Shown: one piece after another, positions 8,266 to 17,027 of the stretch
Position numbering within the stretch: position 1 is the first letter of the stretch
Layout: each line of letters begins with the position of its first letter
Source: Vulcanimicrobiota bacterium
Lineage (GTDB): Bacteria; Vulcanimicrobiota; Xenobia; Xenobiales; JADMJV01
Length of the DNA stretch: 64,000 nt
Reading direction: 5' to 3'
NCBI GenBank assembly: GCA_050250895.1
Contig: JBFWNU010000002.1
Location: 695,659 to 759,658, forward strand
Made by a program: the position numbers and the translations under genes
Notes under the pieces: model-generated
What the model saw: the letters and a program-made list of their open reading frames with translations, nothing else
Told to the model about the DNA's origin: nothing
Databases searched by the model: none

Positions 8266-9809
8266 GGGCGGGCCGGAATCCCTGCCAGAGCGCGTTCGGC
8301 CATGGCCGTGATGGTCAAGGAAGGGTTGACGCCGGGGTTGGCCGAGACCGACGAGCCGTCGACCACGTAGAGGCCCGGGTAGCCGAACACTTCATGGCCC
8401 GTGTCGATGACGCCCTCTTGAGCCGTGGCGCCCATGCAGCAGCCCCCCAGGATGTGGGCTGTGGTCGGAATCCCGAGCAAAGTCTCGGTAATCAGGCTTT
8501 GGGCGAAGCCGTCGACCTCGCGACAATACTGGCGGGCCAACTCGGTGGCCTCGGGTATCGAGTTGGTCGGGCGGGGACCGTCGCCGTGCTCGGAGGTCAG
8601 ACCCATACGAAAGCCCGTCCACAAGCTGCGCCCCTGCTTGAGTCGCAGATAGCCTTCCAGGGTGCGCATGTAGAGCAAGATGGTGGTGCGCTCGGCATAG
8701 CGAGTGGTCAGTACGCTGCGCAGATAGTCGAACGGGCGGGTGGCCCACATGCGGAGCAGGTGGGCCATGCGCACCACCGTGCTGTCGCCGGGCACGTGGG
8801 GGGCGGCCAGAAAGCGGAAAAAGTCCGAGCCGGTGGGATAGCGACACGGCTCGATGTGAGAGTGCTCGTCGGTTTGCAGGATCGAGCCGATGGCCACGCC
8901 TTGCGAGAAGTCGAGGTCGTTGCGCCGGCTGACCACGCCGATGAGAGCTTCAGAGTTGGTGCGCACATAGTTGCCCAGATGGTGGGACAGTTTGGGAAGC
9001 CCGTGGGGGGTGTGCTTGAGCTTGAGCAACAGCGGCACGGTGCCCAGCACGCCACCACTGAGGAAGACCCGGTCGGCCAAAAAGTGCTCACTGTCGGTAG
9101 AAACGCGATAGCCGCCGCCCAGTAGGGGAGCGATCCAGTTGACTCTGGCGTTGGGACGAATCTCGGCGCCGCCTGTCTCGGCCAGGTAGAGGTAATTCTT
9201 GTCGAGGGTGTTCTTGGCGTTGTAGCGACAGCCCAACATGCAGCCGCCGCAACCGATACAGCCCGAGCGGGCTGGTCCGCGCCCTCCGAAATAAGGGTCG
9301 GGGTGGGTCTGGCCGGGCTCGCCAAAGTAGACCCCCACCGGGTTCATCGAATACTGGTCCGAGCGCCCCAGTTTGGCGGCCATCTGTTCCAGGGCGCGGT
9401 CGGCATCGGCCGGCAGTTTGTTGGTGGTCGCTCCCAGCATTCTTTGGGCCTCTTTGTAGTGGGGCTCGAGTTCGGCCTTCCAGTCGCCCAGGTGGCGCCA
9501 GGAGTCGGCCTGGAAAAACGTGTCGGAGGGGACGGGCAAAGTGTTGGCATAGACCAGCGAGCCCCCTCCCACGCCGACTCCGGAGAGGGCCGTGATGTGG
9601 GGCAGAAAGGTCATCTTGAACATGCCATGCAGGCCCAACGCCGGGGCGTAGAGCCAGCGAGAAATCTCTCGGTTGGTGCGGGGAAAGTCCTCAGCCGAAA
9701 AACGCCGGCCTTTCTCGAGCACCAGCACTTTGTAGCCCTTTTCGGTGAGCCGCAGCGCGCTCACGCTGCCTCCGAACCCCGAGCCTATGACGATGGCGTC
9801 CCATCTCAC
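8262..9809 (-). CDS. GMC oxidoreductase, cholesterol oxidase (ChoD)-like
   Basis: IGSGFGGSV, GVGGGSLVYAN, CIGCGGCMLGC, AHILGGC and NPSLTITAMAERA motifs. Confidence 0.88.
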   Translation of the reverse strand: MRWDAIVIGSGFGGSVSALRLTEKGYKVLVLEKGRRFSAEDFPRTNREISRWLYAPALGLHGMFKMTFLPHITALSGVGVGGGSLVYANTLPVPSDTFFQADSWRHLGDWKAELEPHYKEAQRMLGATTNKLPADADRALEQMAAKLGRSDQYSMNPVGVYFGEPGQTHPDPYFGGRGPARSGCIGCGGCMLGCRYNAKNTLDKNYLYLAETGGAEIRPNARVNWIAPLLGGGYRVSTDSEHFLADRVFLSGGVLGTVPLLLKLKHTPHGLPKLSHHLGNYVRTNSEALIGVVSRRNDLDFSQGVAIGSILQTDEHSHIEPCRYPTGSDFFRFLAAPHVPGDSTVVRMAHLLRMWATRPFDYLRSVLTTRYAERTTILLYMRTLEGYLRLKQGRSLWTGFRMGLTSEHGDGPRPTNSIPEATELARQYCREVDGFAQSLITETLLGIPTTAHILGGCCMGATAQEGVIDTGHEVFGYPGLYVVDGSSVSANPGVNPSLTITAMAERALAGIPARP

Positions 9810-9851
9810 CGAGGCAGCTTTCGACCCGGGTCGGGGTGCCCCTTTCGACCG

Positions 9852-11093
9852 CTAGTCGTCGAAGTTGTTGACATCAAAGGGCCATTCGGCCGCTATCCAT
9901 GGGCTGGTCAAAGCGGGCGCGGTCATCATCGCTCGCCGACAGTTGGCGCAAGGCGAGGTTTCATAGATGAAATGCCGGACTTGATCAAGCTCTGGCCCGG
10001 GATTGGCCTGGCACACTTCCACCAGATGGAAAACTAGGGAGTGGTGGCGCTCGGCCTCTCGATCGACTCTCAGGTGTCGGGCCAAGATAGCCGAATCGCC
10101 CGCCTCCAGATTCGAGCAAAACAGCGAGAGCTGACCCTCGAGCCAGTCCTGCGAAGCGAGTTTAGCCAACGCCAGTTGGCGAATAGCGGGATGGCGAACC
10201 GCGGCCAAAGCCTTACAGGCCCTGCGACGCACCTGGTCATCGGGATGGTCGACCAGCCGCAAGAACCGATCGCTATAGCGGTCGAACAGCGGCAGCTGGC
10301 GCTTGCGAAAGATCGAGAGTAGATGGACCAGTCGATGGGAGGATTCTTCCCTGGCCAACAGGTGGGCTACCTCTTCGAGCTGGGATTGGCTGGCGGCGCC
10401 TTGCCACAGGCTCACGGCCTGGTTGTAGTAGCGGGAGTCGTTGTCGTCGATGCACTCCAGGAGCTGAGAGACCGACAGCAGGGCGGCGGTCTTCTTCGAC
10501 AACTGAAGAACGGGGGGAGCCTTGGGAGGCGGGGCCAGGATCCCCAGACAGTCCTTGAAAGGGCTGTTGGCCAGGACCTGCTCGGCTTCACCCCTGGTAT
10601 GATCGTAGTCGTACCGCCAGATGAGGTGGTCCAGCACCGCCGCTAGAACTCGGTCAGGCAGGCGGGCGCCGAGAGCCTTCCTGACCAGCCAGAGAAGCCC
10701 GGCCGCCCCATCGAGTTCCAGGATCTCGTCATCCCCCACACCCTCGCCCGTGCGAGTAAAGCGCGCCGTGGCGTAGAGCACCTGGCGAGCTTCAGGATAT
10801 CCCTCTTTGGCCAGACGCAGACAAAGTTGACCATGCTGGTGGAGGTCTCGAGGGCGAGGCGCGCCGCGGCTGGCCACGGCCAGTCGCTTTAGAAGTTCCT
10901 TCTTCTGGTCCTGGCTGAGCAGCGGGAACAGCCAGGCAGCCCGGCCGGGCTCGCACTGGGCGTCATAGACAAGATTGCGCAAGCAGGCCTGGTAAAGGCT
11001 TTCGGAGTGGTCTTCGAGGCCATGGGCCTGATGGTGCAGGTGGACCCGACCCAGTCCCAGTCGCAGGGCCCGTCGAACCTGGCGTTGGCTCAA
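9852..11093 (-). CDS. HEAT-repeat-like hypothetical protein with C-terminal CxxC
   Basis: Long helical ORF; HPDDQVRRRACKAL (HEAT-like) and YETSPCANCR. Confidence 0.65.
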   Translation of the reverse strand: MSQRQVRRALRLGLGRVHLHHQAHGLEDHSESLYQACLRNLVYDAQCEPGRAAWLFPLLSQDQKKELLKRLAVASRGAPRPRDLHQHGQLCLRLAKEGYPEARQVLYATARFTRTGEGVGDDEILELDGAAGLLWLVRKALGARLPDRVLAAVLDHLIWRYDYDHTRGEAEQVLANSPFKDCLGILAPPPKAPPVLQLSKKTAALLSVSQLLECIDDNDSRYYNQAVSLWQGAASQSQLEEVAHLLAREESSHRLVHLLSIFRKRQLPLFDRYSDRFLRLVDHPDDQVRRRACKALAAVRHPAIRQLALAKLASQDWLEGQLSLFCSNLEAGDSAILARHLRVDREAERHHSLVFHLVEVCQANPGPELDQVRHFIYETSPCANCRRAMMTAPALTSPWIAAEWPFDVNNFDD

Positions 11094-11121
11094 AGGCAGC
11101 CGATAGGGCTGGCAGTAGCGG

Positions 11122-12486
11122 CTAAGCTCGGAGATGCTCGCCCACCCGGCGGGTCTGATGCCAGAAGCGGGTGGCCAGGCTCAACCCGGCTACGCCCAGC
11201 CCCACCACGAAGCCGACCCAGATACCCTGGTGGCGCAGCGGGGTGTAAAAGCCCAACCAGCCACTGGCCGCAAAGCCGAAGACCCAGAAGCTGACCACTA
11301 CGATCGCCATGGGAACCTTGACATCCTTGAGTCCGCGCAGGGCCCCGGTAGCCGTGATCTGCAGTCCGTCAAACAGTGCAAAGACAGCCGCCAGGAAGAG
11401 CAGTTGAGTGGCCATGGCCAGCACCTGCGGGTCGGTCTGGTCGACTTCCATGAAGACCGACAGAAAGACCTGCGGAAAGCTGAGGAAAAGACTGGCGCTG
11501 GCGCTCATGAAGACGAGTGCAAGCCCCATCGTCACCCAGCCCGCCAGACGCGCCTCGGCATGGCGCTCGGCCCCGGTCAGTTGACCCACCCGCACCGACG
11601 CGGCCAGGCTCAGACCCAGGGGAATCATGAAGGCGGTGGCGGCGCAGGTCAGAGCAATCTGGTGAGCGGCCGACTCGGCCACGCCCAGTCGACCCATCAT
11701 CAGCGCCCCGACCACGAAAAAACCACACTCGGCTCCGATGGTGACTCCAATCGGCAGGCCCACCGACAACACCGACCAGAGCTTGCTCCAGCCTGGGAAG
11801 ATGAACAATTCGGTCAGGTCTTCGAACTCATCACAGCGATGGATTACCCACAGGGCCAGGCTCACTTCTAGCAGGCTCACCATCACGGTGGCCAGGGCTG
11901 CCCCGCGAATGCCGAGCCCGGGGATGCCCAGGGCTCCGAAGATCAAGATGCGGTTGAGCACGACATTGAGTAAGGCCGCGAGCACGGTGATCCGGAAGGC
12001 GGCCTGGGGCTTCGAGACAGCGTCGAGGGCATTCTTGAGCACGTTAAAGCAGAGAGCGGGCACCAGGCACCAGGAGACGGTGGTCACATAGATGGTGCCT
12101 AGCTCGATCAAGGTGGCCGGGTGACCCAGGGCCACAAATACGTGGCGAACCTGGCTCAGAGCGGCCATACCGGCCAACCCTAGCATCAGGGCCACCCACA
12201 GGCCCCGTCGCACGGTGTCGCTTAGCTCGTGGCGGCGACCGGCCCCGAAGGCCTGAGCCACCAGCGGGTTGACGGCCGCGCACACACCGATACCGAAGGC
12301 GAAGAAGAAACTGAAGCTGGAATGACCCACCGACATCGAGGCCAGCGACTCTTTGTCGAGGTGCCCCAGCATGGCCACGTCAGCAAAGAACATGGACATC
12401 TGGGCCAGTTGGGCGCCGATGAGCGGCAGCCCCAGCTTCAGAATCTCGCGAGCCTCGGCGGAAAGCGCTTGTAGTCGGGAAGTCAC
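11122..12486 (-). CDS. MATE family efflux transporter (NorM-like)
   Basis: About 12 TM; LGLPLIGAQ, DVAMLG, LVAQAFGA, AAHQIA, FDGLQ and GALRGLKD motifs. Confidence 0.93.
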   Translation of the reverse strand: MTSRLQALSAEAREILKLGLPLIGAQLAQMSMFFADVAMLGHLDKESLASMSVGHSSFSFFFAFGIGVCAAVNPLVAQAFGAGRRHELSDTVRRGLWVALMLGLAGMAALSQVRHVFVALGHPATLIELGTIYVTTVSWCLVPALCFNVLKNALDAVSKPQAAFRITVLAALLNVVLNRILIFGALGIPGLGIRGAALATVMVSLLEVSLALWVIHRCDEFEDLTELFIFPGWSKLWSVLSVGLPIGVTIGAECGFFVVGALMMGRLGVAESAAHQIALTCAATAFMIPLGLSLAASVRVGQLTGAERHAEARLAGWVTMGLALVFMSASASLFLSFPQVFLSVFMEVDQTDPQVLAMATQLLFLAAVFALFDGLQITATGALRGLKDVKVPMAIVVVSFWVFGFAASGWLGFYTPLRHQGIWVGFVVGLGVAGLSLATRFWHQTRRVGEHLRA

Positions 12487-12491
12487 GCCAC

Positions 12492-12520
12492 AGTCTAGCC
12501 GGGCGAGGCCAGAAAGTCAA
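12492..12520 (-). promoter_or_regulatory. Sigma70 promoter, leaderless arrangement, for the MATE gene
   Basis: Minus strand reads TTGACT-N17-TAGACT-N5-GTG, with no SD. Confidence 0.7.
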
Positions 12521-12626
12521 CACCTAATATTTCCCAAGGAAAGCTGGCTCGTGACGAGGTTGCGAGCCTGGCTTCGTCCGGTCTCCGAGATCAGGTTGGT
12601 CGTGCCCCACAACAGGGTCGAAGGAG

Positions 12627-12646
12627 CAACCTGTTTACAACCTGTT
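12627..12646. promoter_or_regulatory. Direct repeat with 11-bp period (possible winged-helix regulator site)
   Basis: CAACCTGTT at 12627 and 12638 in the divergent intergenic region. Confidence 0.4.
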
Positions 12647-12726
12647 CCGGTTCTTAGCGGCTCACGGAGTATTGAGAGAGAGCCGTCGGATAACCTGGCA
12701 ACACCAAACCAGGGAGGTTGACAAAG

Positions 12727-12960
12727 ATGATGTTAGGCACAGACTACAGTCTCGCGACAAAAGGTCCCCAGTCTCCTCGGCTTGTACCAACGAACACTCC
12801 TGCCCCGGGGCGTTCGGCCGCCAGTCCAGGTTTTTCGGTCGACTACCACGCCCTGGCTGAAGGTCTGATGGGGACTCAGCAGGGATGGAAAGGGCTTTTG
12901 ACCAGGATCCGGGCCCATCAGAGCGACTTAACGCAACGCCTGGCTAACTTCTCGGAATGA
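12727..12960 (+). CDS. Small hypothetical protein (77 aa)
   Basis: GGGAGG SD 9 nt before ATG 12727; disordered N-terminal half, helical C-terminal half. Confidence 0.6.
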   Translation: MMLGTDYSLATKGPQSPRLVPTNTPAPGRSAASPGFSVDYHALAEGLMGTQQGWKGLLTRIRAHQSDLTQRLANFSE

Positions 12961-13015
12961 CGTGCAGGTCGGACACGTTCAATCCTCGCCATGCGAGGCA
13001 AGACGCCGTGGAGCG

Positions 13016-13897
13016 CTATTCCTCGCGGCGGTGATAGATGCCCCAGGGACCCATCTCGGTGATGACCGTGGGATTGGACGCCGGCCTGGGGGCTTCGCGG
13101 GTCGGCTTGCTGCCGCCCTCGATGATCAACTCGCCTTTGCGCGAGTCGATATTGGTCAACCCCATCTGGATGTTGGGCGGCAAAAGCCCGTCGAGGTCAA
13201 ATTCGAAGGCGTTGTCTTGCTGGCGAACGCCCACTTTCTCGAGCTTGCTACCGGTCATCGAGGCGGCCAGTCCCAGCACCAACTTGGGGACCGGCACGAC
13301 CCCAAAAATGTGGCTTTTCTCGAGCTCGAAGCGCAGGCTACCCCCGTCGCCGACCGAGAGCTTGCCGGTCAGTTCGAAGGGGATGTCGATCAGCTTGTCG
13401 ACCTTGCCCGACACGGTCAGGCGACCGCCTTCTCCGACTCGAATATCGAGGTCTTGGATTCCGTTCTTGGCCAGAGCCTCGGCGCCGGCGCTGGTGGCCG
13501 TGCGGTTGATGGTGGCCTCGGGGATGCGGGCCTTGAGATCTTCGACCTCGACGGCCATGTCCTTGTATTTCTCGAGCGGGGGCAGGGCGGGCCGGCCGTC
13601 GGCCAGGAAAGCATCAAGCGCGAGCTGGTCGCCCAGCCCCTCGGTCTTGACTTTGAGGCGGTCCACGCTGTAGTCGGGGGTGCTCAGACCCTTGATGACC
13701 AACTTGCCAGCGGCCGGGTCGAGACGAATCGGCCCGGCCTCGGCCTGAGCCTTCTTCAGTTCGCCGCGCAGGTGGGCGTTTTCGAGGGCCAACTCGTCGT
13801 AGGTGGGCTGGATCGAAGTCTCCTGGCTGGCTAAAGGAGCCCGGTCGCGATTACGCGGAACGATAGGAATACCGAGGGCTGACGTGGAGTTGACCAT
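13016..13897 (-). CDS. Hypothetical protein, LmeA/DUF2993-like beta-rich (possibly lipid-binding) fold
   Basis: Clean ORF; ARIPEATINR...LTVSGKV...IPFELTGKL...LRFEL...LIIEG pattern; has its own promoter. Confidence 0.55.
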   Translation of the reverse strand: MVNSTSALGIPIVPRNRDRAPLASQETSIQPTYDELALENAHLRGELKKAQAEAGPIRLDPAAGKLVIKGLSTPDYSVDRLKVKTEGLGDQLALDAFLADGRPALPPLEKYKDMAVEVEDLKARIPEATINRTATSAGAEALAKNGIQDLDIRVGEGGRLTVSGKVDKLIDIPFELTGKLSVGDGGSLRFELEKSHIFGVVPVPKLVLGLAASMTGSKLEKVGVRQQDNAFEFDLDGLLPPNIQMGLTNIDSRKGELIIEGGSKPTREAPRPASNPTVITEMGPWGIYHRREE

Positions 13898-13902
13898 ACC
13901 CT

Positions 13903-13931
13903 ATTGTAGCCTCGATGTTCGGCGGTTGCAA
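13903..13931 (-). promoter_or_regulatory. Sigma70 promoter, leaderless arrangement
   Basis: Minus strand reads TTGCAA-N17-TACAAT-N5-ATG(13897). Confidence 0.7.
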
Positions 13932-14048
13932 CCTTTAATTGAAGCCATTTTGTTGGGATCTTCGAACATGTTGATTTAACACTTTCTTAACGATTGCCCA
14001 AGCTTTTTCAAGAGAAATTTAAGCTCCTGGTGGTACTCTCCAGGCACG

Positions 14049-14549
14049 ATGGTTCCCAGCAAATTGCAGATAGCTACCACCCTGGTTCGCCCTTTTGTTC
14101 TCTCCCGCATGGGAGCCGAGCGTCCGGCCGAGTCCGAGGCCCCGACCGGGGACCGGGTAGAGATTTCCGAGGGAACTTCGCAACCCGCTGGCAACAAGGC
14201 CGTGAAAGCTGCTTCGGAAGCCCTGGGTCTGGTGGCTGGAGCAGCCGCTGGCACGGTAGCCGTAGCCGTCTGTGCGGCCAACTATCCGGCCGCCGCCCTG
14301 GCGGTCGGCGTGGCCACCACGGTCACCGTGCTGACCAGCGAGGTCGAACCGGGTTCGCCCATGGAGAATAAATTGGTCAAGACGGCCGTGGCCGTCGGGG
14401 CCGGGGTAGTGGCCGGCATCTATGCCCCGGCCGTGGCTGGTGCCGCGACCGCGGTGGCCACCGAACATCTGGTCACCCAGGGCACCGAAGCTCTGTTGAG
14501 CGGCTATCTGTCTCCCGCGCCCGAGTTGGCTCCTGCCTCCGTCGGATAG
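14049..14549 (+). CDS. Hypothetical Ala/Gly/Val-rich membrane-type protein
   Basis: Disordered N-terminus with DRVEIS, then glycine-zipper-like hydrophobic helices. Confidence 0.65.
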   Translation: MVPSKLQIATTLVRPFVLSRMGAERPAESEAPTGDRVEISEGTSQPAGNKAVKAASEALGLVAGAAAGTVAVAVCAANYPAAALAVGVATTVTVLTSEVEPGSPMENKLVKTAVAVGAGVVAGIYAPAVAGAATAVATEHLVTQGTEALLSGYLSPAPELAPASVG

Positions 14550-14980
14550 CCGCGACTCACCCAGCCGGGATACCCTTCGGTCATCACCAACACCCGGGTA
14601 AAGCCCTGGGCAAGAAGTTCTTTGGCCAGCTTGGACGAGGCTCCACAGGCAGGTCCATCGCAATAGACCACCAATCCAGTGGCAGCTTTGAGTTGGTTGG
14701 GACTGACCGTAGTGGCCTCGAAGGGGCTCCAGTGGGCGGCTCCCTGGATGTGACCGGCCTGGTAGGCGGCCTGCTCGCGAGCATCTAGAAACACGAAGGG
14801 TTGCTCGAGGTAGTAGCGCGCCTGCTCGACGCTGATGTATTGCACCCCCTTGACCAGGGGAGGGGAGTAATGGTTGAACAGCGGCATTTTGCCGCGGTTG
14901 AGCGCCACTGGCGCCAGGCCGAGTGAAAAGGCTAGCGTGACCAGGGCAAAGCTGCCGAGGAGCAAGTCGCGCAGCCTCAC
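14504..14980 (-). CDS. Membrane-anchored rhodanese-domain protein
   Basis: N-terminal TM; FLDAR...YQAGHIQGA, VVYCDGPAC and EGYPGW motifs. Confidence 0.88.
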   Translation of the reverse strand: MRLRDLLLGSFALVTLAFSLGLAPVALNRGKMPLFNHYSPPLVKGVQYISVEQARYYLEQPFVFLDAREQAAYQAGHIQGAAHWSPFEATTVSPNQLKAATGLVVYCDGPACGASSKLAKELLAQGFTRVLVMTEGYPGWVSRGYPTEAGANSGAGDR

Positions 14981-15690
14981 GGTCGCGCCCCCCCAAAAAC
15001 GGGGATGGAGACTCGGGTGAAAACGGGGTGGTCGGTGCCCAACCAGATGGCTCCCCCCAACGGGGTGGGGCCCTGGTCGCTTCGCGAGACGAGAATGCGA
15101 ACGCGATCAACTTCGGTCTTCAACTCGACCTTCAGCCCGGGGGGCGCCGACTCGACTCCGGTCAGCTTGAACTTCAGATTTTCTGGATAGAGATCGAGTT
15201 CGGCGGTGGGACTGACCTTTTCCAGGCTGAGATGGGGCGGCTCGAGTCGGTAGGCGGGCTGGATGGTGCCTTTGATCTCGAGCTCATGGGGCGAGCCGGC
15301 GGCGTTGGTGAACACCCGAATGTGCTTTTGGAACGGGCCTGCAGTCGCTCCGGGCGAGAAGGTGACTTCGAGTTCTCCGTTCTGGCCAGGAGCCAGGTCC
15401 GAGGTCGAGGTGACGGCGGCCGTGCAACCACAACTGGTTTTCACTTCTCCGATGTGAAGGCTCGAGCGCCCCACGTTCTTGAACTCGAAGCTGGCCTTGA
15501 CCGGGGTGGCGGGAGGGATCTCGCCAAAGTCGTGCTCGGGCGTGTTGGCCTCGAAGCGGGCGGCCAGTGGGTTGAGGCGAGCCAGAATGCCTTCCAGGCG
15601 GGGGCCGGCTACTCGTCGAGCCGCTCCCCATCCCACCACCAGATTGAAGGCCAGGCTGAGGCTGGTCACCAGCCACAGAGCAATCCTCAT
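14977..15690 (-). CDS. DUF1573 domain protein
   Basis: HDFGEI...FEFKNVG...VKTSCGCT...LAPGQNGELEVTF. Start reassigned to ATG 15690, which overlaps the upstream stop as ATGA. Confidence 0.82.
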   Translation of the reverse strand: MRIALWLVTSLSLAFNLVVGWGAARRVAGPRLEGILARLNPLAARFEANTPEHDFGEIPPATPVKASFEFKNVGRSSLHIGEVKTSCGCTAAVTSTSDLAPGQNGELEVTFSPGATAGPFQKHIRVFTNAAGSPHELEIKGTIQPAYRLEPPHLSLEKVSPTAELDLYPENLKFKLTGVESAPPGLKVELKTEVDRVRILVSRSDQGPTPLGGAIWLGTDHPVFTRVSIPVFGGARP

Positions 15691-16139
15691 TCGGCGGTGG
15701 AGCATTCCACCTCCAGCGAGCCGTATCGATCCAGCGACCAGTCCCCGCCACCGCGGCGGCAAAGCCAAAAGCTGCCGACCATCACGGCCAGGTTGAGCAC
15801 GACGTGAAGAGCGTCGGCCGGGGAGCCGCCCGAGAAGCAGCCACATTCGATGTTGAGCCCGCGAGCCAGCGCCGAACTGATGCCCACCGCAAAAGCCAGC
15901 GAGAGCACCCCGGTGATGAGAGCCGCGCTGCGGGTCAGAGCGCCGCTCAGCAGACACAGTCCCGCCAGGACTTCGAGCCAGGGCAGGGTGATGGCCGTGA
16001 GGGTGATGAGGCGCGCCGGAACCAGGTGATAGTTGTAGATGGCCTCGGCGAAGGCGGCCGGGTCGCTCACCTTGGACACTCCAGCCACCAGAAACAACAA
16101 ACCGATTACGATTCGGACGAATAAGAGGCGCATCGGCAT
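15687..16139 (-). CDS. DoxX/MauE family membrane protein
   Basis: FLVAGVSKV.DP..FA..IYNY, LPWLEV and RGLNIECGCFS motifs; 4 TM. Confidence 0.88.
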   Translation of the reverse strand: MPMRLLFVRIVIGLLFLVAGVSKVSDPAAFAEAIYNYHLVPARLITLTAITLPWLEVLAGLCLLSGALTRSAALITGVLSLAFAVGISSALARGLNIECGCFSGGSPADALHVVLNLAVMVGSFWLCRRGGGDWSLDRYGSLEVECSTAE

Positions 16140-16325
16140 GGCGCCGGCTTCTAAGCTCGGCCGATCAAATCCTATGTCCAGGGATTTACGGTTTGGCAAT
16201 CCCTGGCAAACAATTGTTAGGATTTTTAAAGATTTTGCAACAAAATTTCGGCCCCTCAGGGTTTAGGCGGAGGCTATCCTGGACTCACATAGATACAACA
16301 TCATGACAGGACAGGAGAGTGTGGA

Positions 16326-16493
16326 ATGGGAATCTTAGGCAACATTCTTTCCAACGTGAACGGCCCCGGTCTGGCCCAGGGCATCAAGGGCATCGTCAGC
16401 GCGGCCAAGTCTGGAAAGCAAGATAACATCATTGGGGCTTCGCTTGGAGTTTTTCAACAGATTCAAAATGCGGCTAAAGGCGCCAAAGGATAG
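16326..16493 (+). CDS. 55-aa amphipathic peptide (not in ORF track)
   Basis: AGGAG SD, then MGILGNILSNVNGPGLAQGIKGIVSAAKSGKQDNIIGASLGVFQQIQNAAKGAKG*; AT-rich upstream region; downstream hairpin. Confidence 0.75.
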   Translation: MGILGNILSNVNGPGLAQGIKGIVSAAKSGKQDNIIGASLGVFQQIQNAAKGAKG

Positions 16494-16498
16494 CTTTC

Positions 16499-17017
16499 GT
16501 GGCTGACCTGGGAGGGGCGTTCCTCAGGGAATGCCCCTCTTGTCATTTTAGCAACCCAATCTCGGCCCTGCGCTGTCAGCAGTGCCAGGCCGCTCTCGGC
16601 GAACCCGAGCCGGTCTCGCTCGACTACACAGCCCACGACCACACTAACCTAGATGAGGACTACACCCCCTTGCACCAGTCTCCCAACTTGCTAGCCTTGC
16701 GTGAAGCGGTCGACGAGCTTCGTGCGGGCCAACTCGACTCGTCCGACTATACCGAAGTGGTCTCGGAAGTGCGTGATTCGGTCCGGCCAGCCCTGGCTCA
16801 ACTCGAGCAGGCGGCCGCGCAGATTCCTATCAACCTGCCCGAAAGCGTGAAAGCTTCTCTGAAGGCGGCTCTGGACCACAACCGGGCCTATCTCGAGGCT
16901 CTCGAGCTGATGCTAGACCAGCCCGAAGCGGGGTTGGCGGCCGCTCAGGCCGCCCTCGAAGGGCTCGACCGCCTCGAGCGCGAGGCGGCCCAGGCTGCGG
17001 CCGAACTGGGCCCATAG
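16499..17017 (+). CDS. Zinc-ribbon plus helical-bundle hypothetical protein
   Basis: CPSC...N...CQQC followed by amphipathic helices. Confidence 0.7.
   Translation: MADLGGAFLRECPSCHFSNPISALRCQQCQAALGEPEPVSLDYTAHDHTNLDEDYTPLHQSPNLLALREAVDELRAGQLDSSDYTEVVSEVRDSVRPALAQLEQAAAQIPINLPESVKASLKAALDHNRAYLEALELMLDQPEAGLAAAQAALEGLDRLEREAAQAAAELGP
16512..16549 (+). terminator. Intrinsic terminator-like hairpin
   Basis: GAGGGGCGTTCC-tcag-GGAATGCCCCTC followed by TTGTCATTTT; overlaps the start of the next ORF. Confidence 0.6.
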
Positions 17018-17027
17018 GGCCTGGCTC

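Noticed and set aside
15691-15957. Upstream extension of the DUF1573 ORF
   Set aside because: It overlaps DoxX in another frame; ATGA coupling and the hydrophobic anchor support a start at 15690.
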